Below, one piece after another: positions 60,390 to 64,000 of a DNA stretch of 64,000 bases (positions within the stretch are counted from its first letter, which is position 1; every line of letters starts with the position of its first letter). Under the pieces are notes generated by a model that worked only from the letters and a program-made list of their open reading frames with translations, was not told the DNA's origin and did no database searches. The DNA lies in the NCBI RefSeq assembly GCF_009834535.1, contig NC_045696.1, forward strand, positions 23,748,001 through 23,812,000, written 5' to 3'. This DNA comes from Camelus ferus. Its lineage: Eukaryota. A program made the position numbers and the translations under genes.

Positions 60390-60705
60390 AACCAGAAATA
60401 GACTCACAGACATAGAAAACAAACTGTGGTTACCAAAAGGGAAAAGGGTAGAGTTGGGGAGAGGGATAGATTAGGAGTTTGGGATTAACATATGAACACT
60501 ACTATATATAAAATAGATAAACAACAAGGACCTACTGTTTAGCACAGGAAACTATATTCAATATCTTGTAATAACTTACAATGAAAAAGAAGCTGAAAAA
60601 GATTATATATATATGTATATATGTATAACTGAATCACTTTGCTGTATACCTGAAACTAATACAACATTGTAAATCAACTCTGCTTCAATAAAATTTTTTT
60701 AAAAA
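60390..60705 (+). mobile_element. 5'-truncated L1 3' UTR (cetartiodactyl type)
   Basis: CAGAAATAGACTCACAGACATAGAAAACAAAC..TGGTTACCAAAAGGG...CAACAAGGACCTACTG...AACATTGTAAATCAACTCTGCTTCAATAAAA. Confidence 0.92.
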
Positions 60706-62690
60706 GACCATCGTTGCCTCATCTCTGTGCACGTGAGAATATTTCTACAAGTTATATTCCTGGAGCAGAATAACTACCTCAAAAGATGAGCACAATGTAA
60801 ATTTTGATAGATGCTGTCAAACTGCCTTCCAAAAAAGGCTAAATTTACATTCCCACCCATGCTGCATGGAAGTGATCATTTCTGTTTATTCTTTTCAACA
60901 CAGGACATTGCCTTCTTATTTTAAATAATCCAGTGGGTAAAAAAAATCATGTCTCTGTTTTGTTTTAGTATATGTTTTCATGATTATTAATAAAGCTGAG
61001 AACCATTTCATAGGTTTATAACCATTTGGTTTTTTTTAATCTTGTGAATCTCCTATTAATCAAATTTTCATTCTAGGTCATGCCCATGGCCAGGCTTTGG
61101 ACTGGCTGTCTTTAGGTCAATTGTCCAGCCTTAGCACAATCAGCTGTGTCTGGAGGATTGAGGTGATACATTACAAATCATAGCTCACTAAGGCTGCTCC
61201 TCAGCATGGGCTATAAGTAGCACATGATTACCTATAAACTATATGAGCAGAGCAGTTACTCTGATTAATGTCCAGTGCAATTTGATGGCGAGTGAAATTA
61301 GGAATGAAACACAATATTTATTGAGCACTCACTGGAAGCCAAGCTCTATTTTAGATGGTACAAGGGCCAGAAAGTTACACAAGGTGGTGTCACTGTCCTC
61401 AAGATACTTTTCATCTTATAAAGGGAGACAACAAGTACAACACTAATTAATTCAGAATGGAATATAAAGTCCCCAAGAATGACATAAACCAAATGATACA
61501 GTTAATTCTGAGCAAAAAAGAATTCACATTCAACTGGGAACTCTGCTGAGGTTTAGTGCCCTAGATTTTGAGTAAGTGTAGGATTTTTTTTAAAGTACAG
61601 AAAAGTACAAAGACAGAAGCAGAAATGAGCTACAGTCCCATCACTAAGAGAAAAACACGTGGGTTAACTAATGACTCAGTATTTTTAAGGAGACCCCATC
61701 TAGTATCTGTGTATGTGTATGCATATACATGTGTGTGTCCATATGAATATATACAAATAGTTTTACATAAATGGGGGCTTTTTATGGGCAAGGAGCTTAA
61801 TGTTTGTTTTATTGGCCAGTGCATGCACTCAGGTATTGAATGAATGAATGTTTTATAACTTGTTCTTTCTATGTTAATAAAGACATACCTATCCAGCTAG
61901 TCATGTTTACAGATTGCATAATATTTCATTACTTGTATAATTTACTGAACTGAGCTTTTATGGATAAACATTTAGGCTTATGTTCAGTTCTATTTTGTTT
62001 TAAACAACACTGATAAGAACAGCCTTGGGCTAAATCTATATTATATCCATGTGATTAATTTTTTAGAAATGAGTATTCTGTCGAAAGAATAAGCATATTT
62101 TAGAGAATTGTGATGCATATATATGGCCAAATACCATCCCCTTAATAGAAATGTGAAAGAAATTCTCACCAACAGGATAAAGCAACATATATTTTCACAA
62201 ACTGGCCAAAACCAGGTTTTGATGTTTTGATGTAGGCAGAAGTGAGGAATTTTAGTTGTTATTTAGTTTATGTTGGGTGAGGGAAGAGCTGGGTGTGAGT
62301 GGGTTTTTAACAAACATCATTTGAGACTAGCTTTCTTTGGTCCGGTTTAAAGGATCAGAACTCCTTGGGTTTTTTTTTTTTTTTCTAAATGCCTGGTAAG
62401 TATTTGTCAAATTTAGTTTACTGCTTTTCACTCTTGAAAGTTATAGGCTGTTTCAATATTCCTTAAGCTCAGATGTCAGAAATAGACATCCAGATGCATA
62501 GTGTAATCTATCTTGTGTTACATAATGAACAAGGATTGGATTTGAATTCTTCTCGCTGTCTCTGCTGTTAAAACTGTGAGGCTATGTTGAGTCATGTAGC
62601 TTCTTAGTAAGCTACTAAACTATATAAGCAGTTTGGCTGTTTACCACAGTGTCAATTTTCAGTTATTCAGAAGAGTTTTCTGTGGATGGC

Positions 62691-63390
62691 TGTGCCAGTA
62701 ACTAAGCAAATGTCTCTCAGCTCCAAACCACGCTTCTATAGCTGCTTTGTGATGCTGAAGCCGGGACTCTGCTAACCTTATTTCTATTTTCCAGCTGACT
62801 CACTGTTAGACTCTGCCACAGGGGGCGGAGAAAGGAGACTGTAAAGCTGGAGAAGAAAGCAGGGACTCTGCCCTGCTGTGTGCTCCTGTCGGCTTCCTGT
62901 CTGCTCGCAGATCCAGTGAGCGTCACCTTGGCAACGCTTCTTCATCCCCGCAGCAGCAGTTCTCCCCTGGGTAGCAGCCGCGGAGTTCAGTTTGCAGCTT
63001 TCCAACACTTGTGGAATAAGCCTCACTGTGTCAATTTTACAGTCACCGACATCACCCAGCAGTGTCCCAGCCTCTGAGGTCTGAGTCCCAGCACCTTGGG
63101 GTCTCTCCTTCAAGCTCAGAGACACTACACACCCACTGAACACTAAACCAGTACCCTCTCCTCAAAGACCTGAGTTTCAGTTCTTTAGAACTGGTCCCCC
63201 CCGCCCCTTCCCAAGTTTCTAAGTTCTAATAATTCCAGCCTTCTCCCTTTATTCTTTCAACCAAGGGGTTAGTATCTACTTCCTGCAGTTGCTGCCTCTG
63301 TGCTACATTAAGGTTTTCTTTTTGTTTTGCAGTTACTTAGTTCACAACTTTACATCTAGTAGATGATTTCTAATATTAAATTCTCTCTGA
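62691..63390 (+). mobile_element. ERVL LTR (LTR41-like)
   Basis: TGTGCCAGTA..AAATGTCTCTCAGCTCCAAACC...GTTAGACTCTGCCACAGGGGGCGG...GAGGTCTGAGTCCCAGC...ATTAAATTCTCTCTG. Confidence 0.7.
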
Positions 63391-64000
63391 AGTTTTGTAC
63401 CAAGTATACAGTGAAACCAAGAGTTAAATTTTTTTAAGAACAAAGGTTATCTGCTATAGTCACCCAGCACATATGTGACTCCCTAGAAGAAATTCATGAG
63501 ACAGAAGAGGATGAAGAGAACCAACAGGTGAAGCAAATTGTTAACAAGTGTGGCTTATAAAACATGCCCGTACACTACTGCTTCCACCGCGGAGAGCCAC
63601 TGGAGAGCTCCTTGCATTTTTTCCTCCAATGTCACGAAGTCACATCTCCCAAGGATGGATTTTAATGATGGGGTCTGGCTAATAATGGGTAGTTTGCAGA
63701 ACTGGGGTGTTTCAGTGACCTGAGGCTATTCTAGAAGCTGCAATTACCTAAAGAGAATAATTGTAGAAACTCCTGTTTGGGGGAATTCAGGGAAATGTCA
63801 TGGAGGTGCACCTTTGAAATTGCCGTATGTTTAAGCTGTGGTTGAGAGAAAGATTTCAGCATTGAGATAGAATTCCTATGTGCAGTAACTGTGGTCATAA
63901 CAGATTCTTCTCTTTTGATCCTCATTTCCTATAAAATTTCATGGTTCTACAATTTCAAGTTATCCATTCAAGCTCAACGAGGTTAAATAAGTCTTGAGGG

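Noticed and set aside
1..64000. A novel multi-gene system (operon, defence island, CRISPR array)
   Set aside because: The DNA is mammalian and repeat-rich. No long ORFs, gene clusters or regularly spaced repeat-spacer arrays are visible.

Overview
This is mammalian, AT-rich, repeat-dense non-coding DNA (intergenic or deep intronic). It is most likely camelid: a tRNA-derived Vic-1-type SINE lies at about 48.7 kb and several cetartiodactyl-type L1 3' tails are present. I found no intact protein-coding gene, RNA gene or CRISPR array. The recognisable gene-derived sequences are a decayed PPIA (cyclophilin A) processed pseudogene (about 57985-58712), broken L1 ORF1/ORF2 pieces and a Tigger1 transposase remnant. 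The rest is L1, L2 and MIR fragments, MaLR/ERVL/ERV1 solo LTRs, hAT and Tigger DNA-transposon relics, and microsatellites. Family names come from recalled consensus sequences, so subfamily labels and many boundaries are approximate. The most interesting structures are: a 3.4 kb L1 bracketed by one target-site duplication (TSD) but internally scrambled; an L1 insertion whose 3' UTR is replaced by about 300 bp unlike the other L1 tails; two related solo LTRs forming a long inverted repeat; a 24-bp twin-priming micro-inversion; a strong CTCF site; a candidate non-coding exon; and a few CpG-retaining or motif-dense candidate enhancers. I did not find convincing evidence of a novel multi-gene biological system.
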